From Pseudocitrobacter vendiensis (GTDB lineage: Bacteria > Pseudomonadota > Gammaproteobacteria > Enterobacterales > Enterobacteriaceae), in NCBI RefSeq assembly GCF_943590815.1, contig NZ_CALSBS010000035.1:1-32000 (forward strand): a DNA stretch of 32,000 bases, in the 5' to 3' direction. The position numbers and the translations under genes were made by a program. This document shows, one piece after another, positions 1 through 8,336 of the stretch (its first letter is position 1; every line of letters begins with the position of its first letter). Below the pieces are notes generated by a model. It ran no database searches. It saw only the letters and a list, made by a program, of their open reading frames with translations, and was not told where the DNA came from.

Positions 1-301
1 GGAAGAAACTTTATTGAAAGCAGGCATGAATAAAAAGGATGCTACTTTTCTTATTAAATTAGCCAAGAGGAAAAACATTATCCTGGGGCGGGCATTTTTG
101 CTTTATTCCTGGAAATATTATGCCTGGAGTGGAGTTTTGTTTCTCCTCGTTGTTTTTGTATCAATCCCCGATGGTATTGAATTTCTGATAGCCAACTTGC
201 TCTTCTGCCTTGCTGCAGCTTTCATTTCTCTCTTCTTTTCGTCTTTTGTCATAAATCTAATTTGGAGTATTAAAATTCAAATCAGGTTAATCGGAAAGTA
301 A
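1..301 (+). CDS. small two-TM membrane protein, 5'-truncated by the window edge (paralogue of 1468..1782)
   Basis: The frame is open from nt 2 (..EETLLKAGMNKKD..) and aligns with the N-terminus of the downstream paralogue (..KSILAQAGMKERD..), so the true start lies upstream of the window. About 50% identity over about 90 aa to 1468..1782 (LKLAKRKNI, AFLLY.WK.YAW, FINL.WS..QI.L.GK). Two hydrophobic helices. Very AT-rich. Confidence 0.6.
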   Translation, partial: EETLLKAGMNKKDATFLIKLAKRKNIILGRAFLLYSWKYYAWSGVLFLLVVFVSIPDGIEFLIANLLFCLAAAFISLFFSSFVINLIWSIKIQIRLIGK

Positions 302-313
302 CAGGAGGTTACT

Positions 314-1105
314 TTGAGTAGTTATGGGTTAATGAATTTACAACGTGAAAAAGATAAAATTGATCGACTTGTTTTTGAAATCGTTTTTTATTATTTACAT
401 AACAGCCAGTTACGAACAAAATTTATGGCAGAGGAAAATAGGGTTACAGACGGCTGCATTGATGATTATCGGCGTGGGAAATTAACCTTAGGGGAGGCAG
501 TAAAAAAATTACAGGATCATTATTTTTCGTTAAAAAAATACTCTATGCAATTACAGATGGGAGGTATTAAGCTTTATGTAATTGCCCAAAAAGAGCGAGA
601 TGCTACATCATTAACGACACTATCACTAAAAGGTGTCGGTTTTGCGAGTGGTTTGTTTCAAATTTTTGGCGGCATTGGTTTTTGCGTTAAAGATATTCGC
701 AGTGCATGTGGGAAGTTGGGTGTTCCGTTAATGATACAGGGCGGAGAAAACTCTTATGAAAATGGATATTATCTATTTACTCATAAAGAACCAACTACGG
801 TACCTATCCGACAAGCTTATCGCTATATAGCAAAATTATTGGGCGGTGATGATAAAGTTGGGGATATCGCTTTCTCATCTGTTGATGTGGCACTTTCTGC
901 TGGTTCTTTAGGTGGCATGACGCGTATTGATGGTGCCAGAAAGCTCTTTTACTATATTCGTGAAGATTTTATTCGTGGCTGGCGAGCTATGGGAGGTGCG
1001 GGGATAGGCTCAGAGCTTGTGGGCGATGCTTCTAGTGGGTTTTCTATATATCAGATGGTTTCTCAACCAGAAACTAATTGGTCTGAATTAGAGTCGGAGG
1101 ATTAA
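314..1105 (+). CDS. hypothetical 263-aa protein with Gly-rich hydrophobic segments; family not confidently recognised
   Basis: AGGAGG at 303-308 lies 5 nt upstream of TTG 314 (alternative ATG at 332). The ORF is uninterrupted in an AT-rich region. Hydrophobic/Gly-rich stretches are GVGFASGLFQIFGGIGFCV and GGAGIGSELVG. It is tightly packed with the flanking small genes. Confidence 0.6.
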   Translation: MSSYGLMNLQREKDKIDRLVFEIVFYYLHNSQLRTKFMAEENRVTDGCIDDYRRGKLTLGEAVKKLQDHYFSLKKYSMQLQMGGIKLYVIAQKERDATSLTTLSLKGVGFASGLFQIFGGIGFCVKDIRSACGKLGVPLMIQGGENSYENGYYLFTHKEPTTVPIRQAYRYIAKLLGGDDKVGDIAFSSVDVALSAGSLGGMTRIDGARKLFYYIREDFIRGWRAMGGAGIGSELVGDASSGFSIYQMVSQPETNWSELESED

Positions 1106-1109
1106 TTTA

Positions 1110-1445
1110 ATGAGCGAGGGGGAATATCAATGTTCTATTATGAAGTTGATGGCGTTAGGATTAACAGAATATAAAGCAGTGCGTTTGATCAGGTTTGCTC
1201 AGGATGAGGGGCTGAGTCTACAAGAAGCGTATTATGAAAGTTATTGCCGCATATTTAGAGTAGATATGATATTGCTAAGCATCTATCTATTTTTCTTTGC
1301 CAGTACCTTTATTAGTGGCGATCATGATGGGATTTTCATGTTGTTTTTCTTTGTGCTATTATTTATAGGTTTTGAATTTTTCTTTCGCTTCCATAAAGGT
1401 TGCTGGGCACATTTTAAAATTTATCGTAGCCTTAAAGGGTTATAA
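1110..1445 (+). CDS. small membrane protein (111 aa), distant third member of the flanking small-protein family
   Basis: ATG lies 4 nt after the stop of the 263-aa gene. The N-terminal motif GLTEYKAVRLIRFAQDEGLSLQEAY parallels GMKERDIYFLLKLAKRKNISVSKAF of the paralogues. Phe-rich hydrophobic helices follow. Confidence 0.5.
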   Translation: MSEGEYQCSIMKLMALGLTEYKAVRLIRFAQDEGLSLQEAYYESYCRIFRVDMILLSIYLFFFASTFISGDHDGIFMLFFFVLLFIGFEFFFRFHKGCWAHFKIYRSLKGL

Positions 1446-1467
1446 ATTTCATTACAAGGAGTTGGTC

Positions 1468-1782
1468 ATGGAACAGGATGTAAAGAGCATACTTGCTCAA
1501 GCTGGAATGAAAGAAAGAGATATCTATTTCTTACTCAAACTTGCAAAGAGAAAAAATATTAGTGTCAGTAAGGCTTTTCTTTTATATGCCTGGAAAGGTT
1601 ATGCCTGGGGCTGTATATTGTTATTAACTATGCTTTTCCCTGCCACAATGGGTGGTATTGAGATTTTCCTTGTCTATATGCTATGCAGTTTGGCTTTGGT
1701 GATAGTTTCCGTCTTTTTTAGCCCGTTTTTCATTAATCTTGTCTGGAGTGTCAGGGTTCAGATAAAACTAATGGGTAAATAA
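1468..1782 (+). CDS. small two-TM membrane protein (104 aa), paralogue of 1..301
   Basis: ATG 1468 is preceded by AAGGAG (1456-1461). About 50% identical to the partial ORF at 1..301. The upstream part of the 1372 ORF overlaps the previous gene and is unlikely to be coding. Confidence 0.6.
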   Translation: MEQDVKSILAQAGMKERDIYFLLKLAKRKNISVSKAFLLYAWKGYAWGCILLLTMLFPATMGGIEIFLVYMLCSLALVIVSVFFSPFFINLVWSVRVQIKLMGK

Positions 1783-1897
1783 TGAATCCATCTGATGAAA
1801 AAAGTAAGACCGTGACTTGCGATAGTACAACCGCTGCGCATGACCTGGTGCTCAAAATCTGCGATAATTACCGCATACCCCTTTTACAGAGATGATT

Positions 1898-2569
1898 ATG
1901 CAGTACCCGATTAATGAAATGTTCCAGACCCTGCAAGGCGAGGGTTACTTCACTGGCGTTCCCGCTATCTTTATTCGTTTACAGGGATGCCCGGTGGGCT
2001 GCGCCTGGTGTGATACCAAGCATACCTGGGAAAAACTTAGCGATCGGGAAGTGTTTCTGTTCAGCATCCTGGCAAAAACCAAAGAGAGCGATAAATGGGG
2101 CGCGGCAGAGGAAGACGATCTGTTAACCGCCATTGCCCGTCAGGGCTGGACAGCGAAGCATGTTGTCATCACCGGCGGCGAACCCTGCATTCACGACCTC
2201 ACCCCGCTAACGACCTTGCTCGAGCAAAATGGTTACAGCTGCCAGATTGAAACCAGCGGTACTCACGAAGTACGTTGCACACACACCACGTGGGTCACGG
2301 TTTCCCCGAAAGTGAATATGCGCGGCGGCTATGACGTGCTATCGCAGGCGCTGGAGCGGGCTGATGAAATCAAGCACCCGGTAGGCCGTGTGCGCGATAT
2401 TGAAGCACTGGACGAGCTGCTGGAGACGCTGACGGATGACAAACAGCGTGTGATTGCCCTGCAGCCGATCAGTCAGAAAGAAGATGCCACACGCCTTTGC
2501 ATTGATACTTGCATCGCGCGCAACTGGCGTTTGTCGATGCAGACGCATAAGTATTTGAATATTGCCTAA
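1898..2569 (+). CDS. queE: 7-carboxy-7-deazaguanine synthase (radical SAM)
   Basis: The product starts MQYPINEMFQTLQGEGYFTG and carries the Cys cluster CPVGCAWC. It is collinear with E. coli QueE/YgcF (223 aa), so ATG 1898 is preferred over ATG 1892 by homology. Confidence 0.93.
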   Translation: MQYPINEMFQTLQGEGYFTGVPAIFIRLQGCPVGCAWCDTKHTWEKLSDREVFLFSILAKTKESDKWGAAEEDDLLTAIARQGWTAKHVVITGGEPCIHDLTPLTTLLEQNGYSCQIETSGTHEVRCTHTTWVTVSPKVNMRGGYDVLSQALERADEIKHPVGRVRDIEALDELLETLTDDKQRVIALQPISQKEDATRLCIDTCIARNWRLSMQTHKYLNIA

Positions 2570-2573
2570 TAAA

Positions 2574-2605
2574 AAGGCCCGGTAACATAGCATCTACCGG
2601 GCCTT
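2574..2605. terminator. bidirectional hairpin terminator between convergent queE and queD
   Basis: GGCCCGGTA (2576-2584) pairs with TACCGGGCC (2595-2603). An A-run precedes the hairpin and TT follows it. It sits between two convergent stop codons. Confidence 0.7.
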
Positions 2606-2622
2606 AATCGTTTCGCAGGAAA

Positions 2623-2988
2623 TCACTCCCCGCGATAAACACAGCCCGCCGTACAGGTCTCTTTCACCATCACCGCGCTCAGCAGCGGCACAACCGGTTT
2701 CACCTGTTCCCAAATCCAGCGCGACAGCACTTCGCTGGTCGGATTCTCCAGGCCCGGAATATCATTGAGATAATAGTGATCCAGACGATCGTAAGTCGGT
2801 TTAAACGCCGCTTTCAGTTCGGCGAAATCCATGATCCAACCGGTATGCGGATCGACTTCACCCGTAATCTCAAGGCGCACCATAAAGGAGTGGCCGTGCA
2901 GGCGACCGCATTTATGCCCTTCGGGTACGTGAGGCAAATGGTGAGCGGCTTCAAAAGTGAAATCTTTAAACAGTGTGGTGGACATCAT
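2623..2988 (-). CDS. queD: 6-carboxy-5,6,7,8-tetrahydropterin synthase
   Basis: 121 aa, [35 protein letters not shown]..., essentially the E. coli QueD/YgcM sequence. Confidence 0.95.
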   Translation of the reverse strand: MMSTTLFKDFTFEAAHHLPHVPEGHKCGRLHGHSFMVRLEITGEVDPHTGWIMDFAELKAAFKPTYDRLDHYYLNDIPGLENPTSEVLSRWIWEQVKPVVPLLSAVMVKETCTAGCVYRGE

Positions 2989-3291
2989 GAACTCTCAGTC
3001 TTGCGGAAAAAACCGCCGCATAGTACCGGAAAGCACATTTTTTATCATTAACTAAAACCCACAAATGGGTCTGAAGAGCGTAATGGATTGTGTCCATGCT
3101 TCATTTGCTATCTATATCAATAGCTTATCCAATCACTTTTATTGCTAATAACTACCTGGAAATCAGGTTAGTCCATTTGGTTATTTGATATTTCCAACCC
3201 TTCTTTAATTGTTATTATCCAGCTCGTTAACCTTACATTCAGTTTTGTTTTTCCCGATTTAAAACAGCTTTGATACTGGAACATAACAAGC

Positions 3292-5100
3292 ATGACAACA
3301 CAGGTCCCCCCTTCCGCGCTGCTGCCGCTTAATACGGAGCAACTGGCACGCCTTCAGGCGGCCACGACTGACTTAACGCCGACCCAGCTTGCCTGGGTTT
3401 CCGGCTATTTCTGGGGCGTGCTCAACCAGCAGCCTGGTGCGGCAACCGTTGCTGCAACGCCCGCTGCGGTTGAAGCCCCAACCATTACACTTCTCTCTGC
3501 CTCGCAAACCGGTAACGCTCGCCGCGTTGCTGAAGCGCTGCGTGATGATTTACTCGCCGCGAAGCTGAACGTGAACCTGGTGAATGCCGGGGATTATAAA
3601 TTCAAACAAATCGCGTCAGAAAAACTGCTGGTTGTCGTTGCCTCCACACAAGGGGAAGGTGAGCCGCCGGAAGAAGCGGTGGCGCTGCATAAGTTCCTGT
3701 TCTCGAAAAAAGCACCGAAACTTGATGGCACTGCGTTTGCCGTGCTGGGGCTGGGCGATACGTCATATGAATTCTTCTGCCAGGCCGGGAAAGATTTCGA
3801 CAGCAAACTGGCGGAGCTTGGCGGCGAGCGTCTGCTTGATCGTGTAGATGCGGATGTTGAATATCAGACGGCAGCCAGTGAATGGCGTGCACGCGTAGTC
3901 GACGTGTTAAAAGCACGCGTGCCGAAAGATACGCCCGCGCAGGCTGCCGTTGCTGCTACTGGCGCAGTGAATGAAATCTATACCAGCCCGTACAGCAAAG
4001 AAGCGCCGTTGACGGCCAGCTTGTCCGTTAATCAGAAAATTACCAGCCGTGATTCAGAAAAAGATGTTCGCCATATCGAAATTGATTTAGGCGATTCTGG
4101 CCTGCGCTATCAGCCGGGCGATGCGCTGGGTGTGTGGTATCAGAACGATCCTGACCTGGTGAAAGAACTTGTCGAATTGCTGTGGCTGAAAGGTGATGAA
4201 CCTGTCACCGTCGAGGGCAAAACGTTGCCTCTGAACGAGGCCCTACAGTGGCACTTCGAACTGACCGTCAACACCGCCAACATCGTTGAGAACTACGCCA
4301 CGCTTACCCGCAGTGAAACGCTGCTGCCGCTGGTGGGCGATAAAGCGAAGTTGCAGCATTACGCCGCGACGACGCCGATTGTCGACATGGTGCGTTTCTC
4401 TCCGGCGCAGCTTGACGCTGAAGCCCTGATTAACTTGCTGCGCCCGCTGACGCCGCGCCTGTACTCCATCGCCTCCTCGCAGGCGGAAGTCGAGAACGAA
4501 GTACACGTCACCGTTGGCGTGGTGCGTTATGACGTGGAAGGCCGCGCCCGTGCTGGCGGTGCCTCCAGCTTCCTTGCGGACCGTGTGGAAGAAGAGGGCG
4601 AAGTCCGCGTATTTATCGAACATAACGACAACTTCCGCCTGCCAGCAAACCCGGAAACGCCGGTGATTATGATTGGTCCAGGCACCGGCATCGCACCGTT
4701 CCGCGCCTTTATGCAGCAACGTGCTGCTGACGAAGCGCCGGGTAAAAACTGGCTGTTCTTCGGCAACCCACACTTTACGGAAGATTTCCTCTACCAGGTG
4801 GAGTGGCAGCGCTACGTCAAAGAGGGCGTGCTGACACGTATCGATCTTGCCTGGTCGCGCGATCAAAAAGAAAAAATTTACGTACAAGACAAACTGCGCG
4901 AACAGGGCGCAGAGCTGTGGCGCTGGATCAATGACGGTGCCCACATTTATGTCTGCGGCGACGCTAATCGCATGGCGAAAGACGTTGAACAGGCACTTCT
5001 GGAAGTGATTGCCGAATTTGGTGGCATGGACACCGAAACGGCGGATGAATTTTTAAGTGAGCTGCGCGTAGAGCGCCGTTATCAGCGAGATGTCTACTAA
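3292..5100 (+). CDS. cysJ: sulfite reductase [NADPH] flavoprotein alpha subunit
   Basis: 602 aa. Flavodoxin-like N-domain ([13 protein letters not shown]) and FAD/NADPH domain ending RYQRDVY. Near-identical to E. coli CysJ over most of its length. Confidence 0.97.
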   Translation: MTTQVPPSALLPLNTEQLARLQAATTDLTPTQLAWVSGYFWGVLNQQPGAATVAATPAAVEAPTITLLSASQTGNARRVAEALRDDLLAAKLNVNLVNAGDYKFKQIASEKLLVVVASTQGEGEPPEEAVALHKFLFSKKAPKLDGTAFAVLGLGDTSYEFFCQAGKDFDSKLAELGGERLLDRVDADVEYQTAASEWRARVVDVLKARVPKDTPAQAAVAATGAVNEIYTSPYSKEAPLTASLSVNQKITSRDSEKDVRHIEIDLGDSGLRYQPGDALGVWYQNDPDLVKELVELLWLKGDEPVTVEGKTLPLNEALQWHFELTVNTANIVENYATLTRSETLLPLVGDKAKLQHYAATTPIVDMVRFSPAQLDAEALINLLRPLTPRLYSIASSQAEVENEVHVTVGVVRYDVEGRARAGGASSFLADRVEEEGEVRVFIEHNDNFRLPANPETPVIMIGPGTGIAPFRAFMQQRAADEAPGKNWLFFGNPHFTEDFLYQVEWQRYVKEGVLTRIDLAWSRDQKEKIYVQDKLREQGAELWRWINDGAHIYVCGDANRMAKDVEQALLEVIAEFGGMDTETADEFLSELRVERRYQRDVY

Positions 5101-6812
5101 TGAACGAAAAACATCCAGGGCCTTTAGTGGTCGAAGGAAAACTGACAGACGCCGAGCGCATGAAGCTTGAGAGCAACTACCTGCGCGGGACCATTGCGGA
5201 AGATTTAAACGACGGTCTGACCGGCGGCTTTAAGGGCGACAACTTCCTGCTGATCCGTTTCCACGGTATGTATCAGCAGGATGACCGCGATATCCGCGCC
5301 GAACGTGCTGAACAGAAGCTGGAACCGCGTCATGCGATGCTGCTGCGCTGCCGTCTGCCGGGTGGGGTGATCACCACTAAACAGTGGCAGGCAATTGATA
5401 AATTCGCCGGTGAAAACACCATTTATGGCAGCATTCGCCTGACCAACCGCCAGACGTTCCAGTTCCACGGCATTCTGAAAAAGAACGTCAAACCGGTGCA
5501 CCAGATGCTGCATTCGGTCGGTCTTGATGCGCTGGCGACCGCCAACGACATGAACCGTAATGTACTCTGCACCTCGAACCCATTTGAATCTCAGTTGCAC
5601 GCGGAAGCGTATGAGTGGGCGAAGAAAATCTCTGAACATCTGCTGCCGCGAACCCGCGCCTACGCGGAGATCTGGCTCGATCAGGAAAAAGTCGCCACCA
5701 CTGACGAAGAACCGATCCTCGGTCAGACCTATCTGCCGCGTAAATTCAAAACCACGGTAGTGATCCCGCCGCAGAACGATATCGATCTGCACGCCAACGA
5801 CATGAACTTCGTGGCGATCGCGGAAAACGGCAAGCTGGTGGGCTTCAACCTGCTGGTGGGCGGTGGGCTTTCTATCGAACACGGCAACAAGAAAACCTAC
5901 GCCCGCACGGCGAGCGAGTTTGGCTATCTGCCACTGGAGCATACGCTGGCGGTGGCGGAAGCGGTCGTTACCACTCAGCGCGACTGGGGTAACCGAACCG
6001 ATCGTAAAAATGCCAAAACCAAATACACGCTGGAGCGCGTGGGGGTCGAGACGTTTAAAGCAGAAGTGGAACGTCGCGCGGGGATCAAGTTCGAACCGAT
6101 CCGTCCGTATGAATTTACCGGGCGCGGCGATCGTATCGGCTGGGTAAAAGGGATCGACGACAAATGGCACCTGACGCTGTTTATCGAAAATGGTCGCATC
6201 CTTGATTATCCGGGGCGTCCGCTGAAAACCGGCCTGCTGGAGATCGCGAAGATCCACAAAGGTGATTTCCGCATTACGGCGAACCAGAATCTGATCATCG
6301 CCGGTGTGCCGGAAAGTGAGAAAGCGAAGATCGAGAAGATCGCCAAAGAGAGCGGGTTAATGAATGCCGTCACGCCGCAGCGTGAAAACTCAATGGCCTG
6401 CGTGTCATTCCCGACTTGCCCGTTGGCGATGGCGGAAGCGGAGCGTTTCCTGCCGTCGTTTATCGATAACATCGATAATTTAATGGCGAAACATGGTGTC
6501 AGCGATGAGCACATCGTGATGCGTGTAACAGGCTGCCCGAACGGTTGTGGTCGCGCGATGCTGGCGGAAGTTGGCCTGGTGGGTAAAGCGCCGGGTCGCT
6601 ACAACCTGCATCTTGGTGGCAACCGCATTGGGACACGTATCCCACGGATGCATAAAGAAAACATCACCGAGCCGGAAATCCTGGCGACGCTTGATGAACT
6701 GATAGGGCGCTGGGCGAAAGAGCGTGAAGCGGGTGAAGGCTTCGGCGACTTTACGGTGCGTGCGGGCATCATTCGCCCGGTGCTCGATCCGGCGCGCGAT
6801 TTGTGGGATTAA
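5100..6812 (+). CDS. cysI: sulfite reductase [NADPH] hemoprotein beta subunit
   Basis: 570 aa. The ATG overlaps the cysJ TAA. Siroheme/4Fe-4S cysteine motifs are present ([19 protein letters not shown]). Confidence 0.97.
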   Translation: MNEKHPGPLVVEGKLTDAERMKLESNYLRGTIAEDLNDGLTGGFKGDNFLLIRFHGMYQQDDRDIRAERAEQKLEPRHAMLLRCRLPGGVITTKQWQAIDKFAGENTIYGSIRLTNRQTFQFHGILKKNVKPVHQMLHSVGLDALATANDMNRNVLCTSNPFESQLHAEAYEWAKKISEHLLPRTRAYAEIWLDQEKVATTDEEPILGQTYLPRKFKTTVVIPPQNDIDLHANDMNFVAIAENGKLVGFNLLVGGGLSIEHGNKKTYARTASEFGYLPLEHTLAVAEAVVTTQRDWGNRTDRKNAKTKYTLERVGVETFKAEVERRAGIKFEPIRPYEFTGRGDRIGWVKGIDDKWHLTLFIENGRILDYPGRPLKTGLLEIAKIHKGDFRITANQNLIIAGVPESEKAKIEKIAKESGLMNAVTPQRENSMACVSFPTCPLAMAEAERFLPSFIDNIDNLMAKHGVSDEHIVMRVTGCPNGCGRAMLAEVGLVGKAPGRYNLHLGGNRIGTRIPRMHKENITEPEILATLDELIGRWAKEREAGEGFGDFTVRAGIIRPVLDPARDLWD

Positions 6813-6839
6813 TATGAATTGCCGCTTCAACTCGGTTTT

Positions 6840-6918
6840 GTAGGCCTGATAAGCGAAGCGCCATCAGGCACTGTGACACCTTTTGCCGGATGTGGCATAA
6901 ACGTCTTATCCGGCCTAC
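6840..6918. repeat. REP/BIME-type palindromic units in the cysI-cysH intergenic region
   Basis: GTAGGCCTGATAAGCGAAGCGCCATCAGGC (6840-6869) and GCCGGATGTGGCATAAACGTCTTATCCGGCCTAC (6885-6918) match the enterobacterial REP consensus (GCCGGATG...CTTATCCGGCCTAC) in inverted orientation. Confidence 0.8.
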
Positions 6919-6948
6919 TTAACCCGCAAGGCAAACAGTGAGGAATCT

Positions 6949-7683
6949 ATGTCCAAACTCGATCTAAATGCGCTGAACGAACTGTCGAAGGTGGATCGCA
7001 TTCTGGCGCTGGCGGAAACTAACGCCGAGCTTGAAAAACTGGATGCTGAAGGCCGCGTCGCCTGGGCGCTGGATAATCTGCCCGGTGAATATGTGCTTTC
7101 TTCCAGCTTCGGCATTCAGGCGGCGGTGAGCCTGCATCTGGTGAATCAGGTTCGCCCGGATATTCCGGTGATCCTCACCGATACGGGTTATCTGTTCCCT
7201 GAAACCTACCGCTTTATTGACGAGTTAACGGACAAACTCAAGCTCAACCTGAAAGTGTACCGCGCTACCGAAAGCGCTGCCTGGCAGGAAGCGCGCTACG
7301 GTAAACTGTGGGAACAGGGCGTTGAAGGCATTGAAAAGTACAACGATATCAACAAAGTCGAACCGATGAACCGTGCGTTGAAAGAACTGAAAGCGCAAAC
7401 GTGGTTTGCTGGCCTGCGCCGTGAACAATCCGGCAGCCGCGCTAATTTACCGGTGCTGGCAATTCAGCGTGGCGTATTTAAAGTGCTGCCGATTATCGAC
7501 TGGGATAACCGAACTATTTATCAGTACCTGCAAAAACATGGCCTGAAATATCACCCATTATGGGACGAAGGATATTTATCGGTTGGTGATACCCATACAA
7601 CCCGTAAATGGGAACCCGGCATGGCGGAAGAAGAAACGCGTTTCTTTGGCTTAAAAAGGGAATGTGGGTTGCACGAAGGGTAA
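6949..7683 (+). CDS. cysH: phosphoadenosine phosphosulfate (PAPS) reductase
   Basis: 244 aa. SD GAGGAA lies upstream. C-terminal ECGLHEG motif. Collinear with E. coli CysH. Confidence 0.96.
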   Translation: MSKLDLNALNELSKVDRILALAETNAELEKLDAEGRVAWALDNLPGEYVLSSSFGIQAAVSLHLVNQVRPDIPVILTDTGYLFPETYRFIDELTDKLKLNLKVYRATESAAWQEARYGKLWEQGVEGIEKYNDINKVEPMNRALKELKAQTWFAGLRREQSGSRANLPVLAIQRGVFKVLPIIDWDNRTIYQYLQKHGLKYHPLWDEGYLSVGDTHTTRKWEPGMAEEETRFFGLKRECGLHEG

Positions 7684-7701
7684 AACTTCGCACCGCGTAA
7701 T

Positions 7702-7741
7702 AAACGCCTCTGTCAGAAAAGATGGGGGCGTTTTTATTTTG
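7702..7741 (+). terminator. probable rho-independent terminator of cysJIH
   Basis: AAACGCC (7702-7708) pairs with GGCGTTT (7727-7733), followed by a TTTTATTTT run. The loop is rather large. Confidence 0.5.
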
Positions 7742-7855
7742 CGAGCCGCATTCCGGCATTTAAACGTGAATATAGCAGGGGAAATCAACAGTTATAGAAT
7801 GGCGTCGGGTGCTTGAGGCTGTCTGGCGTTGAGCATTCGCGAGGTTCCAGATGGA

Positions 7856-7908
7856 CAAAAGCCCCAGGCGATATTTCTATCAACCTGAGGCTCGCGTTCG
7901 AACGTTGC
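7856..7908 (-). ncRNA. predicted Sok-like antisense RNA (promoter 7916..7944, terminator hairpin 7861..7892)
   Basis: On the minus strand, TTGCCT (7944->7939), a 17-nt spacer and TAACAT (7921->7916) form a sigma70-like promoter overlapping the hok SD. Downstream, an 8-bp hairpin (GCCTCAGG / CCTGGGGC) is followed by UUUU (7860->7857). The position, antisense to the hok mRNA leader, matches hok/sok organisation. Confidence 0.45.
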
Positions 7909-7947
7909 AATTCGGATGTTAGTCTCTTCTTTGCAGGGAGGCAAGAC

Positions 7948-8100
7948 ATGCTAACAAAATATGCCCTTGTGGCAATCATAGTGCTGTGTTTTACAGTACT
8001 GGGATTCACGCTGATGGTAGGCGACTCGTTGTGTGAGTTGAGTATCAGAGAGCGTGGTATGGAGTTTAAGGCAGTTCTCGCTTACGAATCGAAGAAGTAG
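7948..8100 (+). CDS. Hok/Gef-family type I toxin (50 aa)
   Basis: [50 protein letters not shown] has one TM helix plus the family C-terminal signature SLCE....R......A.AYES.K (compare Hok [24 protein letters not shown]). SD GGGAGG is at 7936-7941. GC-rich nested hairpins follow the stop (8101-8141). Confidence 0.85.
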   Translation: MLTKYALVAIIVLCFTVLGFTLMVGDSLCELSIRERGMEFKAVLAYESKK

Positions 8101-8336
8101 CCATCACGCGGGGGTAAACCCCCGCATATTGGATTGTGATGGTTTGGTCTCCGGCACCCTTTTTAATTTTAATTGCTCATATGGTAATTTTTACTGTGTT
8201 TATTATTGATTTGTATTTCAAATAAAAAGCATTAGGTTATTCATAATGTAAATATTTTATTGAACGATATATATCACAGATAATTTTTAATATATGCGTA
8301 AATATCCTTTAAGTTTTACTGAAGGATAAAAACATT

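Noticed and set aside
1783-1891. I looked for remnants of a second type I-E array next to queE, where E. coli K-12 has one near ygcF.
   Set aside because: No repeat-like sequence (CGGTTTATCCCCGCTGGCGCGGGGAAC or its complement) is visible here or elsewhere in 1..3291.
1782-1895. A 37-codon ORF (MNPSDEKSKTVTCDSTTAAHDLVLKICDNYRIPLLQR) filling the islet-queE gap. It is coupled by TAATG to the upstream gene and ATGA to the queE region.
   Set aside because: It is too short, has no clear SD and has no recognisable family. It could be a remnant of a displaced gene. It is noted but not called.
5205-6257. A 350-aa antisense ORF inside cysI. Similar long antisense ORFs occur inside cysJ (4243..4944), cysD (22062..22616), cysN (23874..24422), ispF (26604..27125) and nlpD (29710..30258).
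   Set aside because: These are shadow ORFs opposite strongly conserved, well-identified genes. Their composition is Arg/Gln/His-rich and low-complexity, typical of antisense frames in GC-rich coding DNA, and they have no SD or family signal.
7813-7947. An in-frame TTG-initiated 45-codon extension upstream of the hok-like ORF (95-aa ORF in the track), and a 12-codon ORF (7916..7954) overlapping the hok start that could be a mok-like coupling frame.
   Set aside because: The extension has no SD and covers what looks like the structured hok mRNA leader and antisense target. The 12-codon ORF also lacks an SD. Neither can be supported from sequence alone, so only the 50-aa Hok core is called.
8108-8125. 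The hairpin GCGGGGGTAAACCCCCGC after hok resembles the 3' half of the CRISPR repeat (GCGGGGATAAACCG, 12/14).
   Set aside because: The left arm of the repeat (GTGTTCCCCGC) is absent and there is no spacer-like periodicity. A GC-rich hairpin right after the stop is a normal feature of hok mRNAs, so the resemblance is probably coincidental.
8166-8336. I searched the AT-rich region upstream of cas3 for a second partial target of the mini-array spacer. The closest candidates are AGTTTTACTGAAGG (about 8311) and TTAATTTTAATTGCTCAT (about 8163).
   Set aside because: Seed positions do not match and no proper PAM is adjacent, so only the 11149..11177 site is supported. The region itself is probably an H-NS-type silenced promoter, but I cannot place the promoter.
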